Source of the DNA: an uncultured Rickettsiales bacterium
GTDB lineage: Bacteria; Pseudomonadota; Alphaproteobacteria; Rickettsiales; UBA8987
Assembly (NCBI GenBank): GCA_964445765.1
Contig: CAYULD010000002.1
Span: forward strand, 139,505 to 203,504
DNA length: 64,000 bases
Direction of reading: 5' to 3'
Positions 20,443 to 29,865 of the stretch are shown piece after piece. Made by a program: the position numbers and the translations under genes. The notes below the pieces were generated by a model. It was not told where the DNA came from, did not search any database, and worked only from the letters and a program-made list of their open reading frames with translations. Every line of letters starts with the position of its first letter. The stretch's first letter is position 1.

Positions 20443-20862
20443 ATGCAAGCCTTATTAGTATTACAAATTTTAACCGTTATTGGCTTAGTTGCAGTTATAT
20501 TAGTTCAAAAAACTAGCTCTGATGGTTTTACTGGTGCTTCTTCACCTTCTGCTTTTTTAACAGGCAGGGCTCAAGCTAATTTATTTACAAGAATTACTGC
20601 AATTTTAGCGACAATTTTCATCATAAACAGCCTAGTTTTGGCTTATATTGCATCTCACGAAGAAAGAGGGGTTAGCATCATTGAAAAACTTAAAAATAAA
20701 GAGAAAAAATCTGCTAATAATACTAAAAATGAAGATGAAATAAAAATTTTGGAAAATTTGCAGAAAGAAGAAAAAGTAAAAACTAAAAAAGGTAAGAAAA
20801 ATCCTGAGATTAAAAATGATGGAGAGTTAGAAGAAAATTCTCTAGTGCCTATTTCTGAATAA
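20443..20862 (+). CDS. secG: preprotein translocase subunit SecG with a Lys/Glu-rich C-terminal tail
   Basis: Two TM helices with a SecG-type loop (LVQKTSSDGFTGASSPSAFLTGRAQANLFTRIT). The extra ~65-aa K/E-rich tail makes it 139 aa. Confidence 0.8.
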   Translation: MQALLVLQILTVIGLVAVILVQKTSSDGFTGASSPSAFLTGRAQANLFTRITAILATIFIINSLVLAYIASHEERGVSIIEKLKNKEKKSANNTKNEDEIKILENLQKEEKVKTKKGKKNPEIKNDGELEENSLVPISE

Positions 20863-20871
20863 AATTTTTGA

Positions 20872-22092
20872 ATGAATATTTTATTAATTATCACCGGTAG
20901 CATTGCCGCTATAAAAACTCCAGAATTAGTTCGGGAGCTTAAAAAGCAAAGTCATAATGTAAATTGCGTTCTTACAAAATCTGCGGAATATTTTGTTACC
21001 AAAACTTCTCTTGCTTACCTTTCTGAAAATAAAGTTCATCAGGAGATGTTTGAGGCAAATTCCAGCATAAATTTTGATGATGGCGAAGTTTTAGAGATGG
21101 CTCATATAACATTATCCCGTAAAAATGATTTAATATTAGTAGCCCCCGCCACCGCAGATTTTATCGCAAAATTGGCTAATGGCTTTTGTGATGATTTAGC
21201 TTCAACGATTTGCGCTGCTTCAGATAAAAAAATATTCCTAGCACCTGCAATGAATAGTAAAATGCTTGAATATCCAGCAACACAGGAAAATTTAGCAAAA
21301 CTAAAAAAATGGGGCTTTGAGATTATTGAGCCAATTTCAGGAAAACTCGCTTGCGGTGAAGAGGGCAATGGCAAAATGGCAGAAATTTCTGAAATTATTA
21401 ACAAAATAGCCGCTCAAAAAAAAACTTCAAAAAAATCTAAATTAGTAGGAAAGAAAATTCTAGTTACCGCAGGGGCAACCATTGAAGAGATTGATCCAGT
21501 TCGCTTTATATCAAATTACTCATCTGGCAAACAAGGCTATTTAATTGCTGAAGAGCTTGCAAATGAAGGGGCTTTGGTAACTTTAATTTCAGGCGAGGCA
21601 AAAATTTTGCCACCAAAAAATGTTAATTTCATCAAAGTAAAATCAGCAGAAGAAATGCTAGAAGCCTGCAAAAATTCTCTGCCTTGCGATATTGCTATCT
21701 TCGCAGCAGCAGTAGCAGATTGGCAAATAGCTAGTAAAAACTCACATAAAATAAAAAAAGATAAGCAGAATAATCTTACGCTCAATTTTACCAAAACTCC
21801 AGATATATTAAAAGAAATTGCCCATCTTAAAAAAGCTAGACCTAAAATTGTTATTGGCTTTTGTGCTGAATCTCAAAATTTAGAAAAAAACGCCCTTGAA
21901 AAACTCAAAAATAAAAATTGTGATATTATCATTGCTAATAGCGTAATGCAGGATGATAGAAAAGTTTTTGGCTCAGATTTCAATTCAGTTTTAATTTTAG
22001 ATAAAACTGGTAAAAAGCAAGAAATAAAAAACAAAACTAAAAAACAAATCGCGGAAAAAATCTCTGAGATAATAGAAAAAATCAGTGATTAA
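20872..22092 (+). CDS. coaBC: bifunctional phosphopantothenoylcysteine decarboxylase / phosphopantothenate--cysteine ligase
   Basis: 406-aa ORF with a flavoprotein N-domain (ILLIITGSIAAIKTPELVREL, PAMNSKM) and a DFP C-domain (ILVTAGATIEEIDPVRFISNYSSGKQG, AAAVADW). Confidence 0.92.
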   Translation: MNILLIITGSIAAIKTPELVRELKKQSHNVNCVLTKSAEYFVTKTSLAYLSENKVHQEMFEANSSINFDDGEVLEMAHITLSRKNDLILVAPATADFIAKLANGFCDDLASTICAASDKKIFLAPAMNSKMLEYPATQENLAKLKKWGFEIIEPISGKLACGEEGNGKMAEISEIINKIAAQKKTSKKSKLVGKKILVTAGATIEEIDPVRFISNYSSGKQGYLIAEELANEGALVTLISGEAKILPPKNVNFIKVKSAEEMLEACKNSLPCDIAIFAAAVADWQIASKNSHKIKKDKQNNLTLNFTKTPDILKEIAHLKKARPKIVIGFCAESQNLEKNALEKLKNKNCDIIIANSVMQDDRKVFGSDFNSVLILDKTGKKQEIKNKTKKQIAEKISEIIEKISD

Positions 22093-23665
22093 ACCTAATA
22101 ATCTTATACATAAATGAATCGCAGAGAGCGTTGAAGCTGGCATCTAAAATATTGCCTGATACGCCAATGGTGTTCCATCTATTGCCGTTAGAATCTTTGC
22201 TTTCAATCTGCACCCTAGTTATTGCTTCAGTGCCAAGTTCATTTTTCATTATTCGCACTTTATAATCTGTTAAAAATACATCTTTAACAACTGGATATTT
22301 TTTACGCAGTGCTTTACGAATTGCTTTATAAAGGGCATCTACTGGGCCTTTTGCCTCAGCTATTTCATTGTAAATTTTACCTTGAATACTTAATTTTATG
22401 GTGGCTTCAACATAGTTTTCAAATTCATTTTTAGAATTTGTTTTGCGTTCATCTATAATTCTGAAAGATTTTACCGAAAAATATTCAGGAATATCTTGCG
22501 TTATTTGATGGGCTAGAACTTCAAAACTTGCATCGGCAAAATCATAAGAAAAACCAATGGCTTCGCGTTTTTTAACTTCATTAAATAATTGCTCAATTTT
22601 TTCTTTATCCGCTGGAATTTTAAGATCTTTCAAGCGAGCAGAAATATTGCTTCTGCCTGCTTGATCAGAAATTACAATTATTCTTTTATTGCCGATTTTT
22701 TCAGGCTGAATATGCTCATAAGCGTTAGTATTTTTATTAACCGCAGAAGCATGAATGCCCCCTTTATGAGCAAAGGCGGAATCCCCAACATAAGCGGCGT
22801 GCTTATAGTGAGGTTGGTTTAACCGCTCTTCTAAATTATCAGAAATTTTTTTGAGCTTTTTAAGTTGTGCATCACTAATTGAAATATCCAAACCCATTTT
22901 ATATTTTAAGGTGGGGATTATTGAAATTAAATTAGCATTTCCACATCTTTCACCATAGCCATTTATTGTGCCTTGCACCTGCCTTGCACCTGCACGAACT
23001 GCTTCTAGAGAATTTGCCACCGCGTTTTCAGTATCATTATGGCAGTGAATACCAATATAAGCTCCAGAAATTTCAGAGGTGATTTTTTTGGTGATGTCAT
23101 AAACTTCAAACGGCAATGTGCCACCATTTGTATCACATAAAATAACCCATCTTGCCCCTGCATCATATGCAGATTTTATAACTTTTAAGGCGTATTTTGG
23201 ATTGTTTTTATAGCCATCAAAAAAATGCTCAGCATCAAAAAAAACTTGCTTACCCTTACTTTTTAAGTGTGAAATAGTTTCAGTAACAATTTCAATATTT
23301 TCTTCTAAGGAAATATTAAGAGCTTCCTTTACATGAAAATCCCAAGATTTGCCAACGATACAAATATTTTTTGCTTTACACTTAACCAAATTATTTATGC
23401 CTGCATCTTTCTCAATAGCAATACCTGCCCTTTTTGTCATACCGAAGGCTACGAGTTCAGAATTTTTGAGATTAGGAATATTATTGAAATATGCATCATC
23501 AGTTTTGTTAGAGCCAACAAAGCCAGCCTCAATATAATCAACACCTAGATTATCAATCTCTTGAGTTAGTTCAAATTTATCATTGAGGGAAAAATTTATG
23601 CCTTGCGTTTGTGCGCCGTCCCTCATCAATGTATCATAGAGGTAAATTTTATTTTTATTTTCCAT
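22082..23665 (-). CDS. cimA: citramalate synthase / 2-isopropylmalate synthase family (CimA-type, with LeuA-dimer regulatory domain)
   Basis: 527-aa ORF with LYDTLMRDGAQTQG, IGIHCHNDTENAVANSL and a C-terminal regulatory domain. The DRE-TIM metallolyase motifs are intact. Confidence 0.8.
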   Translation of the reverse strand: MENKNKIYLYDTLMRDGAQTQGINFSLNDKFELTQEIDNLGVDYIEAGFVGSNKTDDAYFNNIPNLKNSELVAFGMTKRAGIAIEKDAGINNLVKCKAKNICIVGKSWDFHVKEALNISLEENIEIVTETISHLKSKGKQVFFDAEHFFDGYKNNPKYALKVIKSAYDAGARWVILCDTNGGTLPFEVYDITKKITSEISGAYIGIHCHNDTENAVANSLEAVRAGARQVQGTINGYGERCGNANLISIIPTLKYKMGLDISISDAQLKKLKKISDNLEERLNQPHYKHAAYVGDSAFAHKGGIHASAVNKNTNAYEHIQPEKIGNKRIIVISDQAGRSNISARLKDLKIPADKEKIEQLFNEVKKREAIGFSYDFADASFEVLAHQITQDIPEYFSVKSFRIIDERKTNSKNEFENYVEATIKLSIQGKIYNEIAEAKGPVDALYKAIRKALRKKYPVVKDVFLTDYKVRIMKNELGTEAITRVQIESKDSNGNRWNTIGVSGNILDASFNALCDSFMYKIIRFNH

Positions 23666-23807
23666 TAATTTGTAAGATGCAATAATTTGTTGGTTTATAT
23701 AAGAAAAATCAATATTTTACAAGTTTGAAAATTAACATATATCCTTACAAAACTTTTGACAAAACTTCTAAATAAGTTTTTATAAGAAAAAAGTTAATAT
23801 TATTTAT

Positions 23808-24365
23808 ATGAAATTACAAAAAATCATTCTTTTAACCTTATGTTTTATTTTAGTTTCTTGTTCTTCTGAGGAAGAAAGGAAAATGGATAAAGTGGGCAGA
23901 AAATCTAATGATTTAGATGTTAAATATCCTATGGCTAACCAAGAGCTTAGAAGAGCAAAAAGGGGTAGGATTTTGCTTGGTGGTGGCAGTATTTTTGGCG
24001 GTGGTGTGTATGATGAGGAAAACAATGCGAACCCAAATGTTAAGGGTGGCGTTAATAAATATCTATGGCAGGCGAGCCTTGAGGTTTTATCTTTTATGCC
24101 CCTTACTTCCGCTGATGCAATTGGTGGCGTTATAATTACAGATTGGTATGAAGATAGCGATAACAAAAATGAGAGAATTAAAGCAAATGTTCTTATTAAC
24201 TCAACTGAGTTAAGGGCTAGTGGCGTTAGTGTTTCATTATTTAGGCAAGTTTACTCTGGCGGAAGATGGGTTAATGCTAAATCTTCTAAAGAGGCTGAAA
24301 CACAACTTGAAGATAAAATTTTAAGCAGAGCGCGTGAAATTCGCCTTCAGGGTGATACAATTTAA
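23808..24365 (+). CDS. DUF3576-family lipoprotein
   Basis: Has a lipobox ([10 protein letters not shown]) and [30 protein letters not shown]...[12 protein letters not shown]. It sits upstream of leuS, which is typical for this family in alphaproteobacteria. Confidence 0.65.
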   Translation: MKLQKIILLTLCFILVSCSSEEERKMDKVGRKSNDLDVKYPMANQELRRAKRGRILLGGGSIFGGGVYDEENNANPNVKGGVNKYLWQASLEVLSFMPLTSADAIGGVIITDWYEDSDNKNERIKANVLINSTELRASGVSVSLFRQVYSGGRWVNAKSSKEAETQLEDKILSRAREIRLQGDTI

Positions 24366-24391
24366 TTGTAATTAATTATATTTCTTCAACC

Positions 24392-24418
24392 AGATTTCTC
24401 GCTACGCTAGAAATTACA
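24392..24418. repeat. solo half-site of repeat family A
   Basis: agatttctcgctacgctagaaattaca is the reverse complement of a TGTAATTTCTAGCGTAGCGAGAAATCT-type arm (compare 50550-50577). No partner arm is nearby. Confidence 0.5.
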
Positions 24419-24436
24419 CTAATTTTACTATCAAAC

Positions 24437-27016
24437 ATGCAGGAATATAACCATACTGAAATTGAGTTAAAATGGCAAAAACTCTGGGAAGAAAACAATG
24501 TTTTCAAAATAGATATTAACGATAATACTAAGCCTAAATTTTACTGCCTTGAGATGTTTCCTTATCCATCTGGAAAAATCCATATGGGGCATTTACGAAA
24601 TTATACACTTGGCGATGTTGCAGCAAGGTTTAAGGCTTCTCTAGGCTATAATATTCTGCACCCTATCGGTTGGGATGCATTCGGTTTGCCCGCAGAAAAT
24701 GCTGCGATAAAAAATAAATCTCACCCTGCAAAATGGACATATGAGAACATAGATTTTATGCGTTCTCAAATCAAAACTATCGGCATTGGCTATGATTGGG
24801 ATAGAGAAATTGCAACTTGTGATCCTCAATATTTTCAGCACGAACAAAAAATGTTTTTGGATTTTCTAGCAAATGGGCTGGCTTATCAGAAAGAGGCAAC
24901 TGTCAACTGGGATCCAGTAGATCAAACCGTTTTAGCTAATGAGCAAGTAATAGATGGCAGGGGCTGGCGAAGCGGTGCTTTGGTTGAAACTAAAAAACTC
25001 AAGCAATGGTTTCTTAAAATTTCTGCCTTTAGTGAAGATTTGTTAAATGATTTAGAAATCTTAAAAGACTGGCCAGAGCGTGTTATTTCAATGCAAAGAA
25101 ATTGGATAGGCAAATCCGAGGGGGCTGCAATAAAATTTAAAATCCAAAACCCCCAGTCCCTAATTCCCAAACCCTACATAGAAGTATTCACCACTCGTCC
25201 AGAAACTATTTTTGGGGCAAGTTTTATTGGCATTTCTTGTGATCACCCACTAGCATTAAAACTTGCGGAAAATAACAATGAAATTGCAAAATTTGCTGAA
25301 GAATGCAGAAAGGTTGCAGTTACCGCAGAAGCGTTAGATAAAGCAGAAAAACTTGGTTTAGACACAGGGCTTAAAGTTCATCACCCATTTTTAGAGGGTG
25401 AATATTTACCAATTTATATCGCAAATTTTGTTTTAATGGGTTATGGCACAGGGGCAATTTTCGCTTGCCCTGCTCACGATCAAAGGGATTTTGATTTTGC
25501 TAAAAAATATAATTTGCCTATTGTGCAGGTTGTGAAGCCACAATCCCAAAATCTCCCCCTTATTGAAGCCTATACAGGTGATGGGGTGATGGTGAACTCA
25601 GAATTTCTAAATGGTTTGAGTGTTGCTGATGCAAAACAAAAAATTCTAAAAACTTTAGAAGAAAAACAAATTGGTAATAGCAAGATCACTTATCGCTTAC
25701 GTGATTGGGGGGTTTCTCGCCAGAGATATTGGGGTTGTCCAATCCCAATAATTTATTGTGATGATTGTGGTGCGGTGCCGGTTCCAGAAGATAAACTGCC
25801 AGTTACTCTGCCGGAAGATGTAGATTTTTCAAAAGAAATTAAAGGTAACCCTCTTGCTTCTCACCCCACTTGGAAGCACACAGATTGCCCAAAATGCGGT
25901 AAGCCAGCAACTCGTGAAACTGATACATTTGATACATTTTTTGAATCTTCTTGGTATTTCTTCCGTTATTTAGATCCGCAGAATAAAAGGGCATTTGATA
26001 AAGAGGTTGCAAATAAATGGCTACCGGTTGATCAATATATCGGTGGTATTGAACACGCTGTTCTGCACTTGTTATATGCAAGGTTTTTCACTAAAGCATT
26101 AAGAAAATGTGGCTATCACGATGTTGCAGAGCCTTTCAAAGCGTTGCTAACACAAGGTATGGTTTGCCACGAAACTTACCAAGATTCTAAAGGAAATTGG
26201 CTCTATCCAGAAGAAGTTGAGAGAATTTCAGAAGGTAAATATAAAATTATTAAAACTGGCGAAGAAATTAAATCTGGTGCTTCTATTAAGATGAGCAAAT
26301 CAAAGCATAATACTGTTGATCCATCTTTTATAATTGAGAAATATGGTGCAGATACCGCACGCCTTTTTATGCTTTCAGATTCCCCACCTGAAAGAGATTT
26401 AGAGTGGAGTTCAACCGGGGTTGAAGGTGCTTATAAATATCTAAAACGCCTCTGGAAACTTGCCTTTTCTGCTGAATATAGTGAGGGGGCAGATGGCAAA
26501 CATTGGTTGCTTGGTGTTGCAGGAGATTTGATAAAAGTTAGAAAATTAACCCACAAAACAATTCATCTTGTTACACAAGATTTAGAAAATTTTCACCTCA
26601 ACAAAGCCGTTGCAAGAATTAGGGAGCTTACAAATGAGCTTGAAAAAATGCCAAAGGGGCAACACGCCGCAAAGGCTGTTTTTAGAGAAGGTTTAGAGGT
26701 TGCAATTAAATTATTTAACCCTCTAATTCCACATATTACTGGGGAAATTTGGCAGAAATTAGGTAACCCTGAGCCTTTATATAAAACAAATTGGCCAAAG
26801 GCAGATACTTCACTTTTAGAAGAAGATGAAGTTATAATTGTTGTGCAAGTAAATGGCAAATTAAGAGCAAATATAAAAATCAGTAAAGATGCCGATCAAA
26901 AATCTATTGAAAAACTTGCTTTTGAAAACAACTCTGTGCAAGCTCAAACAAATGGAAAACAAATTAAGAAAATAATTTATGTTCCAAATAAAATCCTTAA
27001 TATAGTTGTTGTGTAG
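24437..27016 (+). CDS. leuS: leucine--tRNA ligase
   Basis: 859-aa ORF with a HIGH region ([15 protein letters not shown]), KMSKS (IKMSKSKHN) and a TTRPETIFG editing-domain junction. Confidence 0.96.
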   Translation: MQEYNHTEIELKWQKLWEENNVFKIDINDNTKPKFYCLEMFPYPSGKIHMGHLRNYTLGDVAARFKASLGYNILHPIGWDAFGLPAENAAIKNKSHPAKWTYENIDFMRSQIKTIGIGYDWDREIATCDPQYFQHEQKMFLDFLANGLAYQKEATVNWDPVDQTVLANEQVIDGRGWRSGALVETKKLKQWFLKISAFSEDLLNDLEILKDWPERVISMQRNWIGKSEGAAIKFKIQNPQSLIPKPYIEVFTTRPETIFGASFIGISCDHPLALKLAENNNEIAKFAEECRKVAVTAEALDKAEKLGLDTGLKVHHPFLEGEYLPIYIANFVLMGYGTGAIFACPAHDQRDFDFAKKYNLPIVQVVKPQSQNLPLIEAYTGDGVMVNSEFLNGLSVADAKQKILKTLEEKQIGNSKITYRLRDWGVSRQRYWGCPIPIIYCDDCGAVPVPEDKLPVTLPEDVDFSKEIKGNPLASHPTWKHTDCPKCGKPATRETDTFDTFFESSWYFFRYLDPQNKRAFDKEVANKWLPVDQYIGGIEHAVLHLLYARFFTKALRKCGYHDVAEPFKALLTQGMVCHETYQDSKGNWLYPEEVERISEGKYKIIKTGEEIKSGASIKMSKSKHNTVDPSFIIEKYGADTARLFMLSDSPPERDLEWSSTGVEGAYKYLKRLWKLAFSAEYSEGADGKHWLLGVAGDLIKVRKLTHKTIHLVTQDLENFHLNKAVARIRELTNELEKMPKGQHAAKAVFREGLEVAIKLFNPLIPHITGEIWQKLGNPEPLYKTNWPKADTSLLEEDEVIIVVQVNGKLRANIKISKDADQKSIEKLAFENNSVQAQTNGKQIKKIIYVPNKILNIVVV

Positions 27017-27043
27017 TTTTAATTAGAATTATGGGCAAATGAA

Positions 27044-27426
27044 ATGCAAGAATTGGCAGAAACAAATTTAGATCTACCTATAAAATCAATCAGAAAGCAA
27101 GATTCTGCAAAACAAGATTATTATTACAAAGATGAAAATTTTTATTTGTATAATGATGATTGTTTAGAAGTTATGAAAAAACTTCCTGATAATTATGTTG
27201 ATATGATCTTTGCGGATCCACCTTATATGCTTTCTAATAATGGTTTTACTTGCCAAGCTGGTAAAATGGTCAGTGTAAATAAAGGTAGGTTTTGATGCAT
27301 TAACTGGCAAAGACGGTAAATGGATACAAGCAAGAACTAAAGGTTCTGGACACGGATCAAAAACTAGGGCATTTTATGCTAAGAAAAATTTAATTAAAAA
27401 AATATTTGAGTTTAAAAATTCTTGAA
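27044..27426 (+). pseudogene. remnant of a beta-class N6-adenine/N4-cytosine DNA methyltransferase (N-terminal fragment plus out-of-frame tail)
   Basis: The 83-aa ORF carries LYNDDCLEVMKKLPDNYVDMIFADPPYML...GKMVSVNKG (motif IV DPPY) and then stops. The SAM-binding motif I region is absent. A second frame runs on from about 27286 to 27426 (FDALTGKDGKWIQARTKGSGHG...). Confidence 0.65.
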
Positions 27427-27431
27427 TAAAA

Positions 27432-27938
27432 ATGAAAAAGTTTTTTACATTCCTTCTTGTTATAAGCCTTGCATCTTGTGGGTTTGAGCCGCTTTATGCT
27501 AATAAAAATAAATCAAAAAATGGCAGCGGCAAATGCTCTAATTTTAAGGTGGGTGATCCTAAAATTAGTTTGCCGGGAAAAAGAATGCAATATCTTATTC
27601 AAGATAAGCTAAACCAAGCCTGTATGAATAGTGATAAAAATTATTTGGTTGATATAAACTCCACCCTTTCAGAAGAGGCTATCTCTATTCAGATTGATAG
27701 ACAAGTTACAAGATTTAATGTTATTTTAGATAGTGATTATACCCTCAGAGATTTAGATGAAAATAAAACATTATTAACTGGCAAAACTAAATCTGTAGGT
27801 GGTTATGATGCAGTTTTATCTGAATATGGCAGATATGCCTTAAGGCAAGATGCAAAAAATAAATTAGCTGAAGAAATGGCTCAAGATATATCATTTAAGA
27901 TATTATATTATCTCAAAAATAAGAATAAAAAATCTTAA
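27432..27938 (+). CDS. lptE: LPS-assembly lipoprotein LptE
   Basis: Has a lipobox (LVISLASCGFEPLYA). The size (168 aa) and position downstream of leuS are characteristic of lptE/rlpB. Confidence 0.7.
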   Translation: MKKFFTFLLVISLASCGFEPLYANKNKSKNGSGKCSNFKVGDPKISLPGKRMQYLIQDKLNQACMNSDKNYLVDINSTLSEEAISIQIDRQVTRFNVILDSDYTLRDLDENKTLLTGKTKSVGGYDAVLSEYGRYALRQDAKNKLAEEMAQDISFKILYYLKNKNKKS

Positions 27939-28297
27939 GTTTCCATTGATTTAATAAGGTTTTTAATTGCCTCTAGCTTGCTTTTATTTTTAATTCTTGA
28001 AGCTAAACCAACAATTTCATTGATAGAATTTATATCAAATTTTTCGCCTTCTTCTCTCAAAACTTTATCTTGGGCAGTTTCAGTAAAAAAGTAATTAACT
28101 GCAATGCCTAGAATATTTGAAATATCTGAAAGCCTAGAAGCACTAATGCGGTTAAAACCCTTTTCATATTTTTGTAATTGCTGATGCGTAACGCCGAGTT
28201 TTTCAGCAAGTGCTTTTCTATTTAAGCCCCTTATCATTCTGGCAGATACAATCTTTTCACCTATTAATTTATCAGTTTCATTTGTGTTTTTCACCAT
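27935..28297 (-). CDS. XRE-family helix-turn-helix transcriptional regulator
   Basis: 120-aa ORF with IGEKIVSARMIRGLNRKALAEKLGVTHQQLQKYEKGFNRISASRLSDISNILGI, a classic HTH_3 motif. Confidence 0.8.
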   Translation of the reverse strand: MVKNTNETDKLIGEKIVSARMIRGLNRKALAEKLGVTHQQLQKYEKGFNRISASRLSDISNILGIAVNYFFTETAQDKVLREEGEKFDINSINEIVGLASRIKNKSKLEAIKNLIKSMET

Positions 28298-28468
28298 AAC
28301 CCCTATCCCCCCTGAGATAATTAGTTATGATGAATATAAAGCTATTATGATGCCAAATATTTAATTACACTAACCCATTGTTTTGTAATGATAGTTAAAA
28401 TCTGAGATTAAAAAGCAATTATTATTTTTGTTCTTTTTTGAGACAGATTACAAATATTTCTGCAAATT

Positions 28469-29689
28469 TTATATATTAGAAAATTTTTGTATTATTTCAG
28501 GAAGGGTTATAGGTGTTTGCTCTCCAGTGTTAAGGTTTTTGAGTTCCAGTTTTTCATTTTCAAAGATGAATAATATATATTTAGCACCAATTTTATCAGC
28601 TTTTTGAATTTTCTTGGCGAATTTTCCTAAAAAGATAATTTCTGTTTTAATATTATTTTTTCTTAAATTTATTGAGGTTTCAAGGGCTTTATCATTGAAA
28701 TCAGAAATTATTGCGATAAGATTTTCTTCTTTATTCACAATATTTGCTGAGAGCATAAGCCTTTCAACCCCTGCGGCAAAGCCTATAGCTGGGGTGGGCT
28801 TTCCGCCCATTTGCTCAATTAAACCATCATATCTGCCACCTGCTAAAATTGTATTTTGTGATCCTAAATTTTCACTTTCTAAAATAAATTCAAAAACCGT
28901 ATGGCTGTAATAATCCAAGCCCCTAACTATTGCTGGGTTTATGTTGATTTTAGCATTAATTTTACCGCTAATTAAATTTATCAAATTATCAAAAAAGCTT
29001 TTTGAATAATCATTTAAGTAATCAGAAATTTTTGGAGCATTTGCGACAATTTTTTTGTCAGTTTCATCTTTAGAATCTAGAATTCTTAAGGGGTTTTTGG
29101 CAAGTCTTCTTTTGCTATCTTCAGATAAATCATTGAAGTATTTTTCTAGATATTCAACTAAATGAGCTTGATAATTTTTGCGAGACTCCGTATCACCTAA
29201 CGAATTTATATTGAGTGATAAATTTTCAGAAATACCTAGTTTTTCAAGTAATTGCGAGGCACAAAAAATCATTTCAGCATCAGCATTTGGCTCGGGATTG
29301 CCAAAATATTCAAAATTGACTTGGTGAAATTGGCGTTGTCTGCCTTTTTGTGGGCGTTCATATCTAAAAGCCGCACCATATGAAAATAATTTTAAGGGTG
29401 TGTGCTGTTGCAAACCATTTGAAATAAAAGCTCTTACAATTCCAGCGGTAAATTCCGGGCGAAGGGTTATATTTTCACCGCCTTTGGTATCAAAAGAATA
29501 CATTTCTTTACTAACTACATCACTTTCCTCCCCCATAGAGCGAGAGAAAACTTGGGTTTCTTCAAAAATTGGCGTGTGAATAGTTTTGAAATTAAAATTT
29601 TTAGCAGTGTTTTTTGCGATATTAATTATTGCTTCAAATTTTTCAGCATCATCAAAAATATAATCTTTTGTTCCTCTAACTGGTTGCAT
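28469..29689 (-). CDS. hisS: histidine--tRNA ligase
   Basis: 406-aa ORF with class II motifs (RPEFTAGIVRA, FRYERPQKGRQRQFHQ, GGRYDGL, GFAAGVERL) and a C-terminal anticodon-binding domain. Confidence 0.92.
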   Translation of the reverse strand: MQPVRGTKDYIFDDAEKFEAIINIAKNTAKNFNFKTIHTPIFEETQVFSRSMGEESDVVSKEMYSFDTKGGENITLRPEFTAGIVRAFISNGLQQHTPLKLFSYGAAFRYERPQKGRQRQFHQVNFEYFGNPEPNADAEMIFCASQLLEKLGISENLSLNINSLGDTESRKNYQAHLVEYLEKYFNDLSEDSKRRLAKNPLRILDSKDETDKKIVANAPKISDYLNDYSKSFFDNLINLISGKINAKININPAIVRGLDYYSHTVFEFILESENLGSQNTILAGGRYDGLIEQMGGKPTPAIGFAAGVERLMLSANIVNKEENLIAIISDFNDKALETSINLRKNNIKTEIIFLGKFAKKIQKADKIGAKYILFIFENEKLELKNLNTGEQTPITLPEIIQKFSNI

Positions 29690-29717
29690 TATATAGTAAA
29701 TTACGTTTTATATGATA

Positions 29718-29806
29718 TGTCATCCTGACCCTAAGCGAAGCTAAGGGGAAGGATCTATAGTAAAATGCATTTTACTATAAGATGTTTCGCTTCGCTCAAC
29801 ATGACA
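29718..29806. repeat. palindromic repeat family A copy carrying the 24-bp perfect palindrome tatagtaaaatgcattttactata in its loop
   Basis: tgtcatcctgaccctaagcgaagctaaggggaaggatc-[tatagtaaaatgcattttactata]-agatgtttcgcttcgctcaacatgaca, located 3' of the virB6-like gene. Confidence 0.75.
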
Positions 29807-29865
29807 GAAATCTCTCTAAAACACTATAGGTTTTTATTTTTTTCTATTACTATAGCTAAGAAAAC

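Noticed and set aside
23804-24166. 120-aa minus-strand ORF and 72-aa plus-strand ORF (23917-24135) overlapping the DUF3576 lipoprotein gene
   Set aside because: They are antisense or alternate-frame shadows of a gene with a clear lipobox and family motifs, and they have no motifs of their own.
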